Origin: an uncultured Candidatus Binatia bacterium
GTDB lineage: Bacteria > Desulfobacterota > Binatia > Bin18
NCBI GenBank assembly: GCA_965214605.1
Contig: OZ243961.1
Span: 4,128,001 to 4,192,000 of the forward strand
Length of the DNA stretch: 64,000 nt
Direction of reading: 5' to 3'
This document shows positions 39,024-49,022 of the stretch, in pieces. A program made the position numbers and the translations under genes. The notes under the pieces are model-generated. The model saw nothing but the letters and a program-made list of their open reading frames with translations. It was not told the DNA's origin and did no database searches. The stretch's first letter is position 1; every line of letters begins with the position of its first letter.

Positions 39024-40112
39024 TCACCCCTGCGGGCTATCCTGCCGTGCTAGATCGCGCGCAGCCGGATAGTCGGGGATACCGACCGCCGCCCAGCCGG
39101 CGCGGACAATCGCTTTGGCCATGACCTCAGCGGCCAGCGCTCCAATACGGAGGGCCGATGCGTGCGTCGCTCCTGTCGGCCGATGGGTGCCGGTAGCCAG
39201 GGCAAAAATTGTGTCGCCGTCATACGGCGTATGCACTGGGCTGATGGCCCGGGCAAAACCGTCATGGGCCATCTGGGCAACCTTGGTGGCCTGGACCTTG
39301 GTCAGCCGCGCGTTGGTGGCAACAATGCCGATCGTTGTGTTTTCAGCACTCTGACTCTGGGGTGGGCTGGCTGAGCGCAGCAGGCGACGACTGTCGGCCA
39401 AACTCTTACCGTCCTCGGTTCGGAGGCCAGCTACGACCCGATTGGTAGAGGGGTCAATAATGTCGCCCAGCGCATTGACCGCTACCACAGCGGCAACAGT
39501 CAGACCGCTCGCTAAGGTGATAGATGCGGTCCCAAGACCGGATTTCATAGCTCGTCGGGCTCCGGCCAGCTTGCCTACGGTTGCGCCCGCCCCGGCTCCG
39601 ACATTGCCCTCGACAACCGGGCCGCTGGTGGCCGCCTTGGCCGCCCGATAGCCACACTTGGCGGTGGGCCGAACGCTGGGATCGCCAACTCCCAAGTCGT
39701 ATAAAATGGCGGCTGGGACAATCGGAACTTTCGCCACCGGTGTAGCAAAACCAATGTCTCGCTCTTCGAGGTATTGCACGACTCCATCCGCCGCGGCCAG
39801 CCCAAAGGCGCTACCGCCAGCAAGCACAACGGCATGAATGTGGTCGACTAGGTTGACCGGGCGCAGCAGGTCGGTCTCTCTGGTGCCCGGGGCAGAGCCG
39901 CGTACGTCAACTCCGGCTATTGCCCCATCTTCGACCAGGACGACCGTGCAGCCGGTCGGCCGCTGATTGAGTGTGTAATGGCCGAGCTTAATCCCAACCA
40001 CATCGGTCAGACCGCGCGGGGCAGGTATCGGACCAGTGTCGGATGCGGCCCGAGTGGCGGCCAGCCACAGCGGGCTTAGCACAGCCAGAACGATCACAAC
40101 ATTCATACGCAT
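39024..40112 (-). CDS. Peptidase family S58/P1 (DmpA-like) with signal peptide
   Basis: LTDVVG, VRGSAPGTRETD, GGSAFGL, ENTTIG, HTPYDGD. Confidence 0.9.
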   Translation of the reverse strand: MRMNVVIVLAVLSPLWLAATRAASDTGPIPAPRGLTDVVGIKLGHYTLNQRPTGCTVVLVEDGAIAGVDVRGSAPGTRETDLLRPVNLVDHIHAVVLAGGSAFGLAAADGVVQYLEERDIGFATPVAKVPIVPAAILYDLGVGDPSVRPTAKCGYRAAKAATSGPVVEGNVGAGAGATVGKLAGARRAMKSGLGTASITLASGLTVAAVVAVNALGDIIDPSTNRVVAGLRTEDGKSLADSRRLLRSASPPQSQSAENTTIGIVATNARLTKVQATKVAQMAHDGFARAISPVHTPYDGDTIFALATGTHRPTGATHASALRIGALAAEVMAKAIVRAGWAAVGIPDYPAARDLARQDSPQG

Positions 40113-40135
40113 CGGCCAGACCTTTCTCGTGAGAC

Positions 40136-41788
40136 TCAGGTGATCACGCTGGCGGTGTCGACCCCGCACCGCTGGAACAGCCCGAGCAGGTCTACTGCAC
40201 TCCGAACCAGCGGCGCTAGTACGGTGTCGGCGGTCTCGCTTGTGGGCTGGGCGGTGTAACGCTCGGCGTAGACCCGCAGCGTGGCCGTGTCCGTCCCAGT
40301 CCCCGACAAACGACACACGAGACGTGAGCCGTCGGCCAAGCCGATGCGGAGGCCTTGGTGGCTGCTTACACTGTGGTCGACTGGGTCGGTGTAGCTGAAG
40401 TCGTCCGCTAGGCTGACCCTATTGCCCGCCAGCCAGCGGCCGACCAGGCTGGGCAAGGTTTGGCGGAGGGCCGCCAGCGCGTCGAGCGCGGCCTCCGCGT
40501 CGAGTTGTTCGAAGTCGTGCCGCTGGTAGTAGCTGCGGCCAAAGCGGTTCCAATGGTCGTGTACAAGCTGACCGACCGATTTGTGTGTCCGGGCCAGGAT
40601 CGACAGCCAACACAGAACCGCCCACAGCCCGTCTTTTTCCCGAATGTGGTCTGAGCCGGTGCCAAAGCTCTCTTCGCCGCACAGGCTACACAGCCCGGCG
40701 TCCATCAAGTTGCCAAAGAATTTCCAACCGGTTGGGGTTTCATAACACCGAATCCCCAGTGCTTGGGCGACGCGGTCAAGTGCCGTGCTAGTCGGCATGG
40801 AACGGGCCACCCCAGCCAGCCCGGCCCGGTAGGCGGGAATACAATCGGCCGCGTGCTCAGCAATAATCGCCACCGAATCGCTGGGCGTGACAAAACAGTC
40901 GCGCCCCAAGATGAGGTTCCGGTCTCCGTCTCCGTCACAGGCCGCGCCAAAGTCCGGCGCGACGCTTGCCGACAGTTCGGCCACTAGCCCGGCCGCGTGG
41001 ACCAAATTAGGGTCGGGGTGGACGCCGCCAAAGTCCTCAAGCGGAGTGGCGCGCAGCAGAGTGCTCTGGGGCGCTCCGAGGCAGTCCTCAAAAATATGCT
41101 GGGCGTACGGCCCTGTCACCCCGTGCATGGCGTCAAACCGCATCCGAAAACCGGTTTGAAAGAGGGCACGTAGGGCGTCGAAGTCAAACACGTCCTGCAT
41201 GAGGGCGGTATAGTCGGCCAGCGGATCAATAACTCGGACCTCGGTGCTGCCAATGTGGGCGAGGCCTTCCCGCTCAAGATCAATATCCGGCCACTCGACG
41301 GTCCGGTACGAAGACAGGCGCAGGCTGTGGGCATAGATCTGCTGTGTCACCCGCTCAGGAGCGGGGCCGCCATTGCGCATATTATACTTGATACCGAAGT
41401 CAGCCTGGGGGCCACCTGGGTTGTGGCTGGCGCTCAGAATAAGGCCGCCTAAGAGGTGGTGGCGACGAATGACCGCGGACATAGCTGGTGTTGACAATAG
41501 ACCGCCACGGCCGACGAGCACTCGCTTGAAGCCATGGGCGGCCGCCATGCGGATAATCCGCTGTATCGTCTGGCGACTGTAATAGCGCCCGTCGCCACCA
41601 ACAGCCAGGCTTTCGCCGCTGAAGTTGAGCGGGACCTCATCCTGTAGGGTGTTGAAGATCGCCTGGACGAAGTTTTCTACATAGTGATCTTGGGCAAACA
41701 CCTGCGTTTTTTTGCGTAAGCCCGAGGTGCCGGGCCGGTGATCGGAAAAGGGCTGGGTTGAGACGTGTTGGACGGGCGGCTGGGTCAT
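40136..41788 (-). CDS. pgm: Phosphoglucomutase
   Basis: PGTSGLRKK, SASHNPGG, DGDGDRN, GEESFG, RLSGTGT. Confidence 0.95.
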   Translation of the reverse strand: MTQPPVQHVSTQPFSDHRPGTSGLRKKTQVFAQDHYVENFVQAIFNTLQDEVPLNFSGESLAVGGDGRYYSRQTIQRIIRMAAAHGFKRVLVGRGGLLSTPAMSAVIRRHHLLGGLILSASHNPGGPQADFGIKYNMRNGGPAPERVTQQIYAHSLRLSSYRTVEWPDIDLEREGLAHIGSTEVRVIDPLADYTALMQDVFDFDALRALFQTGFRMRFDAMHGVTGPYAQHIFEDCLGAPQSTLLRATPLEDFGGVHPDPNLVHAAGLVAELSASVAPDFGAACDGDGDRNLILGRDCFVTPSDSVAIIAEHAADCIPAYRAGLAGVARSMPTSTALDRVAQALGIRCYETPTGWKFFGNLMDAGLCSLCGEESFGTGSDHIREKDGLWAVLCWLSILARTHKSVGQLVHDHWNRFGRSYYQRHDFEQLDAEAALDALAALRQTLPSLVGRWLAGNRVSLADDFSYTDPVDHSVSSHQGLRIGLADGSRLVCRLSGTGTDTATLRVYAERYTAQPTSETADTVLAPLVRSAVDLLGLFQRCGVDTASVIT

Positions 41789-41807
41789 GATCGGGATGCG
41801 GGTTTGT

Positions 41808-42605
41808 TTAGGTTGGACCTGGAATCGCCTGATAGTAACCGTTGGCCTGAAGCAGGTGCACTGAGGTATCAAACAGGCAACTCAGATTGGCATCGGTGAA
41901 CAGGGTGGCCTTGTCACCGTCGGCGACAACCCGACCGTGTTTTAACAACACCACGCGTGAGATTTCTGGGGGGATTTCGTGAATGTGATGGGTGACCAGC
42001 ACGATCGTCTTGCCAGCTTGCATCAGCTGGCGAAGGGTGGCCAGATACTGGAAGCAGGTCTTTAAGTCCAGCCCGCTAGTTGGCTCATCCAGGACCAGTG
42101 TATCGGGATCGTGGACCAGCGCTCGACCGAGCAGAAAGCGGCGTTGTTCGCCGGTTGAGAGGGCGGAGAACAGCCGATCTTTGAGGGCAGTGATATCAAG
42201 CTGATGCATCAGCTCGTACGCCCGCTCAACGTCAGCCGGGCTAAAATTCTGGTGGCCCCAAATGTTATTGCTGGAATAATAGCCTGACAAGATCACACTC
42301 AGCCCCGGCACCCTGCCCATATACTCCCGCTGTAGATCGTGTGAGATCAGACCAAAACGGCGGCGCAGTGCCCACACATCCCAGCGTTCCTGGCCATAAA
42401 TACGGATCGTGCTGCCGGCCCGCTGGACCGGGTAGAGCTCGCGCGACAAGAGTTTGAGCAAGGTCGATTTGCCGGCTCCGTTGGGACCTAAGATAGCGGT
42501 ATGACAGCCTTCGGCAATGCTCAGCGAGAGTCCGTCGAAAACTCGGTTGCGCTGACGGTAGACCGTCGCATTGGTAATTTCGATAATATTTTGCGAATTC
42601 ATCAT
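41808..42605 (-). CDS. ABC ATP-binding protein (ModF/YlmA-like), no adjacent permease
   Basis: GPNGAGKS, LSTGEQRR, LDEP, VTHH. Confidence 0.9.
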   Translation of the reverse strand: MMNSQNIIEITNATVYRQRNRVFDGLSLSIAEGCHTAILGPNGAGKSTLLKLLSRELYPVQRAGSTIRIYGQERWDVWALRRRFGLISHDLQREYMGRVPGLSVILSGYYSSNNIWGHQNFSPADVERAYELMHQLDITALKDRLFSALSTGEQRRFLLGRALVHDPDTLVLDEPTSGLDLKTCFQYLATLRQLMQAGKTIVLVTHHIHEIPPEISRVVLLKHGRVVADGDKATLFTDANLSCLFDTSVHLLQANGYYQAIPGPT

Positions 42606-42761
42606 GGCTCTGTGTTCGTCTGGCAGTCCGGGCTGAAAAGTCCCGTGTACTAGATTTTGCTCTTTGGCGGGCCGTGTCAATATGGGCCTTTGTCATTTGT
42701 GGCTGGCAGTGTGGCGTGCTATAGCAGACGGCACGCCCACACTCACACAAGGAGACAGCCT

Positions 42762-43640
42762 ATGCCCCCTGAAGTGCTGACTGAAGACCTCAAGTTTCCG
42801 GAAGGACCGGTCTGGGCTCCGGACGGAACGTTGTATGTCACCGAAATAGAAGCCGGCTGTATTACGGCGATTGCGCCGGACGGAGCTAAGCACACCTTTG
42901 CCGATACCGGTGGCTCGCCCAACGGGGCGGCCCTCGGTCCGGACGGCTATATGTACGTGACCAATAACGGTGGTCGAGACCCCGGTTGCATCCAGCGGAT
43001 CGACTCTCAGGGGAAGGTTGAGGTCGTGTACGATAACTGTGAGGGAGAGCCGTTTCAGGGGCCGAACGATCTGGTCATGGACGCCCATGGCGGGTTCTAT
43101 TTTACCGATCCGGGCATGGTGTCGCGCGAAGGCCTGAAGTTTGGCCATGTGTACTACGCGCTGCGGGACGGCGGCCAGATCAGACGCCTACAGTATTTGT
43201 TCTATCTGCCAAACGGCATTGCCCTGACACCGGACGGGACGAGCCTGATTGTGTTGGAATCGGTCACCGGCCGGGTGTGGGGGATTCCTATTCAAAGTCC
43301 GGGGGTAGTAGGCCAGGTGGATGCCGGGGCCCGCTCCGGCGCCCCGCGCTCGTGGCCGGTGACGGCCCTGCTGACCACCGTTCCGCAACCCGCCGCGCCG
43401 GACGGCATGTGTGTTGACGCGGCCGGCAATATGCTGATCTGTGCTCATAACGGCGGCGTGGTATCGGTCCATAGGCCGGATGGCAGCTCCCTGCAATTGA
43501 TTCAGGTCGAGGACCCAAGACTCACCAACTGTTGCTTTGGCGGACCCGGCTTGCAAACCTTATACATCACTGAATCAGGGTTGGGCCGGGTCGTCACCAT
43601 CCGCTGGCAGGAGTCGGGCTTGCGGCTGAACGATGGGTGA
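42762..43640 (+). CDS. SMP-30/gluconolactonase family protein
   Basis: FPEGPVW, PNG, PNDL, FTDP, PDGMCVD, TNCCFGG; SD AAGGAG. Confidence 0.92.
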   Translation: MPPEVLTEDLKFPEGPVWAPDGTLYVTEIEAGCITAIAPDGAKHTFADTGGSPNGAALGPDGYMYVTNNGGRDPGCIQRIDSQGKVEVVYDNCEGEPFQGPNDLVMDAHGGFYFTDPGMVSREGLKFGHVYYALRDGGQIRRLQYLFYLPNGIALTPDGTSLIVLESVTGRVWGIPIQSPGVVGQVDAGARSGAPRSWPVTALLTTVPQPAAPDGMCVDAAGNMLICAHNGGVVSVHRPDGSSLQLIQVEDPRLTNCCFGGPGLQTLYITESGLGRVVTIRWQESGLRLNDG

Positions 43641-43654
43641 GGGCGGGCCAACCC

Positions 43655-44872
43655 TTACTCCAACACCTCGGCGCTCACGAGTTGTGTAATCTTTTCTTCG
43701 CTATAGCCGAGAATTTTTTCCAGCACGTACTGATTATCACGACCTAGGGTGGCCGCCGAGCCACCGACTTGGGCCGGGGTGCGGGAGAGTTTGAAACGTG
43801 AGCCCTCGACCGTTGTTTTACCGTGTTGGGGGTGCTCAAGGTCAACAAAGTGTTCGCGGTGGAGCAGCTGGGGGTCTTGGTACAGCTGGTGCATGGTTCG
43901 GACCGCGCTGGCCGGAACCTTGTCCTGCTGGAGCCTGGTCTCGGCGGAAAACATGTCTTGACGGCTCGTCCAGGCCGAGATGGCGGCGTCGATTTCGTCC
44001 TGATGGGCGCGCCGTCCCTCAACGGTGGCAAAACGCTCATCAGCGGCCCACTCCGACCGCTCAATAACCCGACACAGTGCCTGCCACTGTGCCTTGGTCT
44101 GGGCCGCAATCGCGATCCAGACGTCATTGCCCGCCGCCGGATAGACGCCGTGAGGGGTATAGTTAGGGTCTTGGTTGCCGGCCCGGCTCTGGACATTCCC
44201 GTTCGTGGTATAGTCGAGCAGGGCCGGGGCCATGAAATGGAGCGATGCCTCGGCCTGTGACAGGTCGATACACTGGCCCTGACCGGTTCGGCGCTTGTGC
44301 TCCAGCGCGGTCAGGATAGCCGCCGCATTGTACCATGGGGCAATATAATCCGTATACGCCCCAAACGGACCGGCCGGTGGTCGGTCGGGCCAACCGGTTG
44401 GATCAAAAAATCCGGAAATGGCGGCCGCCAGATTGCCAAAACCGGCAAACTTGGACAGCGGACCGGTTTGCCCCATCAGACAGGTGCTGAGCATGATGAT
44501 ATCCGGCTTGATCTTGCGCAGGGCTTCATAATTGAGCCCCCAGGCTTTCATAGCCCGGGGTGAGAACGACTCGGTCACGACATCGGCCCAGCGCACCAGA
44601 TCTAAAATTACCTCTTTCGCCGGAGGTTTTGCCATGTTCAGGGTTATCGGCAGCTTGCCGGTATTCATATTATAGAACAGCCCTGAGCTCTCTGGACCGG
44701 GTTGGCCGTTGTGGAAGGGACCAACCATCCGTACCGCATCAAACCGGGTGGTGGACTCGATCCGGACGACGGTCGCGCCATAATCGGCTAAAATGCGGGT
44801 CGAACCTGGACCGGCCATCGCCCACATAAAATCAAGCACTTTGATATCGGCCAGCGGCTGTTCGTTTTCCAT
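43655..44872 (-). CDS. CaiB/BaiF CoA-transferase subunit
   Basis: LADIKVLDF, WADVVTESFSP, AYTDY, GQCIDLSQ. Confidence 0.92.
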   Translation of the reverse strand: MENEQPLADIKVLDFMWAMAGPGSTRILADYGATVVRIESTTRFDAVRMVGPFHNGQPGPESSGLFYNMNTGKLPITLNMAKPPAKEVILDLVRWADVVTESFSPRAMKAWGLNYEALRKIKPDIIMLSTCLMGQTGPLSKFAGFGNLAAAISGFFDPTGWPDRPPAGPFGAYTDYIAPWYNAAAILTALEHKRRTGQGQCIDLSQAEASLHFMAPALLDYTTNGNVQSRAGNQDPNYTPHGVYPAAGNDVWIAIAAQTKAQWQALCRVIERSEWAADERFATVEGRRAHQDEIDAAISAWTSRQDMFSAETRLQQDKVPASAVRTMHQLYQDPQLLHREHFVDLEHPQHGKTTVEGSRFKLSRTPAQVGGSAATLGRDNQYVLEKILGYSEEKITQLVSAEVLE

Positions 44873-46114
44873 CTAGATTACCCCCTTGATTTGGAGTTGG
44901 CTGAGTTGGTCTGGACTCAAGCCCAACTCCCCACTATAGACCTCGCTGTTGTGTTCCCCAAGCCGTGGTGGGCGGCGCCGATAGGTGATCGGAGCGGCGC
45001 TGAACTTGGCAAATGGACCGGGATAACGGATCGCTTGGCCAAGCTGGCCGTGGTCGACCGAGGTCCAATAGTCACGCGAGGCCAGCTGTTCGCTGTGGAC
45101 CACCTCGTCCAGAGTGGTGACCGGAGCGACCAGCAGGCCCCGGTCGAGCGCGCCCTGCAACAGTTCCGCCTTGGTCTTGGTGGTGGTGAAGTCCTCGACG
45201 ATTTGGGTCAAACGTTTATAGTCTTCTATCGCCTCTGGACCGCTGAACAAATAGCCGCCGTAGGCGACCCAGTCGGTTTGCTGGGTCGCCTCGTCACACA
45301 GTCCCTCCTCGTGGATCCAGTCCATCAGGCGTTTGGTGAAATGGCCAAAGGCCGAGCCGAACAGATAAGTGATGGCCACATGGCCATCTTTTGCCGGCCA
45401 CACCAAACGAATCGGCAGGTCGCCGATTTTTGTTCCGCCAGACATACGGCGAATTTCGGCATCGTTGAGTGGGCCGGCCAGAATAGTTGACTGAGTGGCC
45501 TGGGCTACTGCCTGCTGGGCCGAGATGTCGATATACTGGCCTTTGCCCGACCGATGACGTTCATGCGAGGCGATCAGCGCGGCCGCCGCCGCCCCTGCAC
45601 TGGCGTGCAAATACCCCTGCGGCACGCTGACCCGCACCGGTGGACGGTCCTCATCACCAGTCAAGATCAAGGGGCCACCGGACGCCAGAATGACCAGGTC
45701 GCTGTCGGCATAACTCGCCTTGGGGCCGTTCTGGCCGAAAGGGGTAATTGAGACATAAATCAGGCTGGCATTCTCGCTAGCCAGATCCTCATAGCCCAAA
45801 CCCAGCTCGGCCAGGGTGCCGGGCGTATCCGACTCGATTAAAAAATGGGTGGTTTTGACCAAACGGCGCAGGAGTTGTTTGCCTTCGAGGGAGGTGAGGT
45901 CGAGCGTAATGCCCCGCTTGTTGCGATTATAGGCCCACCAAAACAGCGAGCCTTCAATATCTGGCTCGTTTCCAAAGAAGGGCGCCAGCTGGCGAGCCGA
46001 GGATCCGCTTGGCGGCTCAACTTTGATGACGTCTGCACCCAGATCACCCAAAATCTGACCGCACAACAGGCCACGCTCGTTGGTGAGGTCAAGGACGCGG
46101 TAGTGGTCTAACAT
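44873..46114 (-). CDS. CaiB/BaiF CoA-transferase subunit (partner of the downstream gene)
   Basis: DLGADVIKVEPP, NRNKRGITL, ITPFGQNGP, PRLGEHN; stop abuts the next start. Confidence 0.92.
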   Translation of the reverse strand: MLDHYRVLDLTNERGLLCGQILGDLGADVIKVEPPSGSSARQLAPFFGNEPDIEGSLFWWAYNRNKRGITLDLTSLEGKQLLRRLVKTTHFLIESDTPGTLAELGLGYEDLASENASLIYVSITPFGQNGPKASYADSDLVILASGGPLILTGDEDRPPVRVSVPQGYLHASAGAAAAALIASHERHRSGKGQYIDISAQQAVAQATQSTILAGPLNDAEIRRMSGGTKIGDLPIRLVWPAKDGHVAITYLFGSAFGHFTKRLMDWIHEEGLCDEATQQTDWVAYGGYLFSGPEAIEDYKRLTQIVEDFTTTKTKAELLQGALDRGLLVAPVTTLDEVVHSEQLASRDYWTSVDHGQLGQAIRYPGPFAKFSAAPITYRRRPPRLGEHNSEVYSGELGLSPDQLSQLQIKGVI

Positions 46115-46693
46115 AGCTGTTCTCCGGTCGGTGGTGTGACATGTATAACGGACTGTTCGACGGCTGAAAATCCCCGCCTTCCCGCGCTGATGCTAGACGG
46201 GGAAGTCGTTCTGAGCGGCTCTGGTAATGAGACCGGTAAATAGTGTACACACATGAGAGAGTGAGATGTCAAGCTCTGAGGGGGCTTTGGTAGGCGAGCA
46301 CAGCTCCCTTGTCGGCTACTCTGGTGTTGGGAGGATGCGCAAGTGTTCTTAAGGAGGGTGCCATGGATGCTCCTCCATTTGAATTGACTCCAGTAGTAAG
46401 GACGTGCCGGCGCAGTTTTCTCTAAGGGGGGTGGGGAAGATAGCCTGCTTTCCCGTGCCTTGGAGAAGTTAGGAGGAGGCGGAAAGCACCATGGACGAAA
46501 CAGACTCCCCGCTCTCCTCACCAAATAGCGTTGTCCGCCTCCGGGTATAAGGATTCTCGACAAGACCGACGCAATTTTTCTTCTCATGACCTCATCAGCG
46601 CTCGAGTGTGATTTGTGGGGCTGCTGGTCTCGTCGTATTACTCAAGAACCCTCGTCTTGTCTCCCCGCAGAATTAGCCGCACTCTTTCAGCAC

Positions 46694-46840
46694 ATGCACT
46701 GCTCGCGTTGCCGTACTAAGATGAAGGTTCAGGCCCACCGGCCGCACAAGAAGGAGAAGTGGCGCTGCCCACAGTGTGGGACTGTTCGCATGAAGCCGGC
46801 CGCCTACCATCGTAAAAGGCGCAAGGAGAGCCGAAAATAG
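46694..46840 (+). CDS. Small basic zinc-ribbon protein
   Basis: MHCSRC...WRCPQCG with K/R-rich tail, 48 aa. Confidence 0.6.
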   Translation: MHCSRCRTKMKVQAHRPHKKEKWRCPQCGTVRMKPAAYHRKRRKESRK

Positions 46841-46849
46841 ATGGGGGGA

Positions 46850-47305
46850 CTATTTGGCGGATGTCTGACGCCGAGACGCGATGTAGGCGGACATCAAGCC
46901 TGGAATATCCAGCGGAGCTTCGGTTTCACGAATTTTATCGCCGGGTCCCAGAATCCGGTCTGAGCCACCCAAGGACAGGGTGAGGTAGAGACCGCCGAGT
47001 AGACCACGGGTTTTAATTGAGGCGATCGTGTCTTCTTGAATCTGGAGATTTTTGCGGACCGAGAAGCGGACCCGGGCACGGTTGCCAACACGCCGAACGT
47101 TGTTGACCCAGCCGACTGTCACCCCGGCTACCTCAACCATCGCGCCGGGTTCAAGACCGCTGGCGTTGGTGAAATCGGCGTACAACTGATAGGTCTGACC
47201 TAGGCCAAAATTTGCCTCACCTAAAACGCTAAACAGGTACACTAGGGCGGCTGTGCCGATAGCCAGAAAGCCAGCGACGCTCGCTGCCAGTCTAAACATT
47301 CGCAT
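46850..47305 (-). CDS. MlaD/MCE-domain protein
   Basis: ADFTNASGL..GAMVEVAGVTVG, ASIKTRGLLGG.Y. Confidence 0.88.
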   Translation of the reverse strand: MRMFRLAASVAGFLAIGTAALVYLFSVLGEANFGLGQTYQLYADFTNASGLEPGAMVEVAGVTVGWVNNVRRVGNRARVRFSVRKNLQIQEDTIASIKTRGLLGGLYLTLSLGGSDRILGPGDKIRETEAPLDIPGLMSAYIASRRQTSAK

Positions 47306-47417
47306 ATCCCTGGAAGTCTAGCAGGCTGGGGACAGCAGCCCAAGCCCAGTCTGCATTGACCTGACTTGCGCCTCATGAGGTTTCTCCGTACAAGTACAGG
47401 CGGAGAAGCTCAAAGAC

Positions 47418-48335
47418 ATGCACGGGGCAAGACGCGGATCGCGATGTCGGCTTATTGTGTTGGCCGGGTTGGTAACCTGGCCGCTGATTAGTATCTGGTT
47501 CGTCACGCCCGGCTACGCCCAAGCCTCTGATGATCTGCGTATCCGTGGTCGCTACGTCTTTGCCCTGGCTGGTGGGTGTGGCTGTCATACGGCCGAGGGT
47601 GGGACGGTTAACGCCGGTGGCCGGCCGCTCACTACACCCTACGGCACCTTCTATGGAACAAACATTACGCCCGATATCGACCATGGGATCGGCGCCTGGA
47701 GCGATCAGCAGATTATTGACGCTATTCGCCAAGGCGTCCGTCCCGACGGCTCAATCATGAGTCCGGTCATGCCATACCCAGCTCTGAGTGGCATGAGTGA
47801 TGCCGATGTGAACGCCCTAGTCGCCTATCTGCGCAGCTTGGCGCCGGTTGCTCAGGCGAATCAGCCCCATCAGCTCTGGGTCCCGTTTGCCGGTATGGCC
47901 ATGAAAGTGTGGCGCTGGCTCTTTTTCGAGCCGGTTCAGGCCCCGGCCAATCCGCCCCAGAGTGGGGTCGAGCGCGGGGCGTATATCAGCCAACACTTGG
48001 CCCATTGTCAGGAGTGTCATAGCCCGCGCAGCTGGACCGGCACGCTTGACCCCTCTCGCCATATGGCCGGCAATCCGGACGGGATCGACGGCGAGATTGC
48101 GCCTAACATCACCCCGGATGTCAAGACCGGGATTGGAGACTGGAGCGAGGGCGAAATTGTGACTCTGCTGCGGAGTGGATTTTTGCCCGGCTTTGATAAT
48201 GTCCAGGGCTTGATGGCCCTCGTGATTGAAGGCGTCCCTGAAGGAGGATACAAAGATATGACCGACGCGGATGCCCAGGCTGTGGCCCGCTATTTCAAAA
48301 GTATACCAGCGATCGAACAGGACATTGGGCGCTAG
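47418..48335 (+). CDS. Periplasmic c-type cytochrome, two domains
   Basis: Signal peptide; RGRY..CGCH, NITPD..GIGAWS, MPY, RGAY..CQECH, APNIT. Confidence 0.9.
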   Translation: MHGARRGSRCRLIVLAGLVTWPLISIWFVTPGYAQASDDLRIRGRYVFALAGGCGCHTAEGGTVNAGGRPLTTPYGTFYGTNITPDIDHGIGAWSDQQIIDAIRQGVRPDGSIMSPVMPYPALSGMSDADVNALVAYLRSLAPVAQANQPHQLWVPFAGMAMKVWRWLFFEPVQAPANPPQSGVERGAYISQHLAHCQECHSPRSWTGTLDPSRHMAGNPDGIDGEIAPNITPDVKTGIGDWSEGEIVTLLRSGFLPGFDNVQGLMALVIEGVPEGGYKDMTDADAQAVARYFKSIPAIEQDIGR

Positions 48336-48440
48336 CCGAACGGATACGTCGGGTGGAAAAAGCGCTGATATGCTCTGCTCATTCGAGACTCGGGAAGGGA
48401 GTCCATTCGCGACAGGGTCGCCGGGCTTAAGAGGTGAATT

Positions 48441-49022
48441 TTGGTGTGGGGTTTGTGTCTTAGCGTAGTCGGGCTGCTCGTGGGCGGGCTGGTGCTCGCC
48501 GCCCCCGCCCCCGCAGCGGCCACCGTCTTGTATGCCAAACGGGAAGCCCTGGCCGTGGCGTTTCCCGAGGCGGAGGTGGTCGAGCCGCAGAGTTTTTTTC
48601 TGACGGACGCCCAACGCGCGCGCGTCCAAACCCTGGCCCACGCCCCGCTGGCGGCCAAGGTGGTGACCTTCTACGTCGGCCGCGCCGGAGAGCGGGTGCT
48701 GGGCTATGGGTTTATCGAGACCCTGATCGTGCGCACCCTGCCGGCGACCTTTCTGATTGTGGTCTCGCCGGCCGGGCAGGTGGCGCGGATCCTGACCCTG
48801 GCCTTCTATGAGCCGCTGGAGTACCGGCCGGCCCCGGGGTGGCTGGCGCAGTTTGGGGGGCGGGGGCTGCCGGCCGAGCTGCAGCGGCCCTGGGCGATTC
48901 ACGGGATTGCGGGGGCGACACTGACGGCGCGGGGGGTCACGCGGGGGGTGCGCAAAGTGTTGGCGCTCTTTGAGGTGGTGCTCGGCCGGCCGGAGGGTGG
49001 GGAGCGCGCATGCGGTTTGTGA
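48441..49022 (+). CDS. FMN-binding domain protein
   Basis: Signal peptide; LAFYEPLEY, WLAQF, IAGATLT flavinylation-like motif; start 48441 or 48444 after SD GAGGTGA. Confidence 0.8.
   Translation: MVWGLCLSVVGLLVGGLVLAAPAPAAATVLYAKREALAVAFPEAEVVEPQSFFLTDAQRARVQTLAHAPLAAKVVTFYVGRAGERVLGYGFIETLIVRTLPATFLIVVSPAGQVARILTLAFYEPLEYRPAPGWLAQFGGRGLPAELQRPWAIHGIAGATLTARGVTRGVRKVLALFEVVLGRPEGGERACGL

Noticed and set aside
46190-46240. SRP RNA-like start (TGCTAGACGGGGA)
   Set aside because: Similarity stops after about 13 nt and the conserved CAGG..GGAA..AGCAG domain is absent
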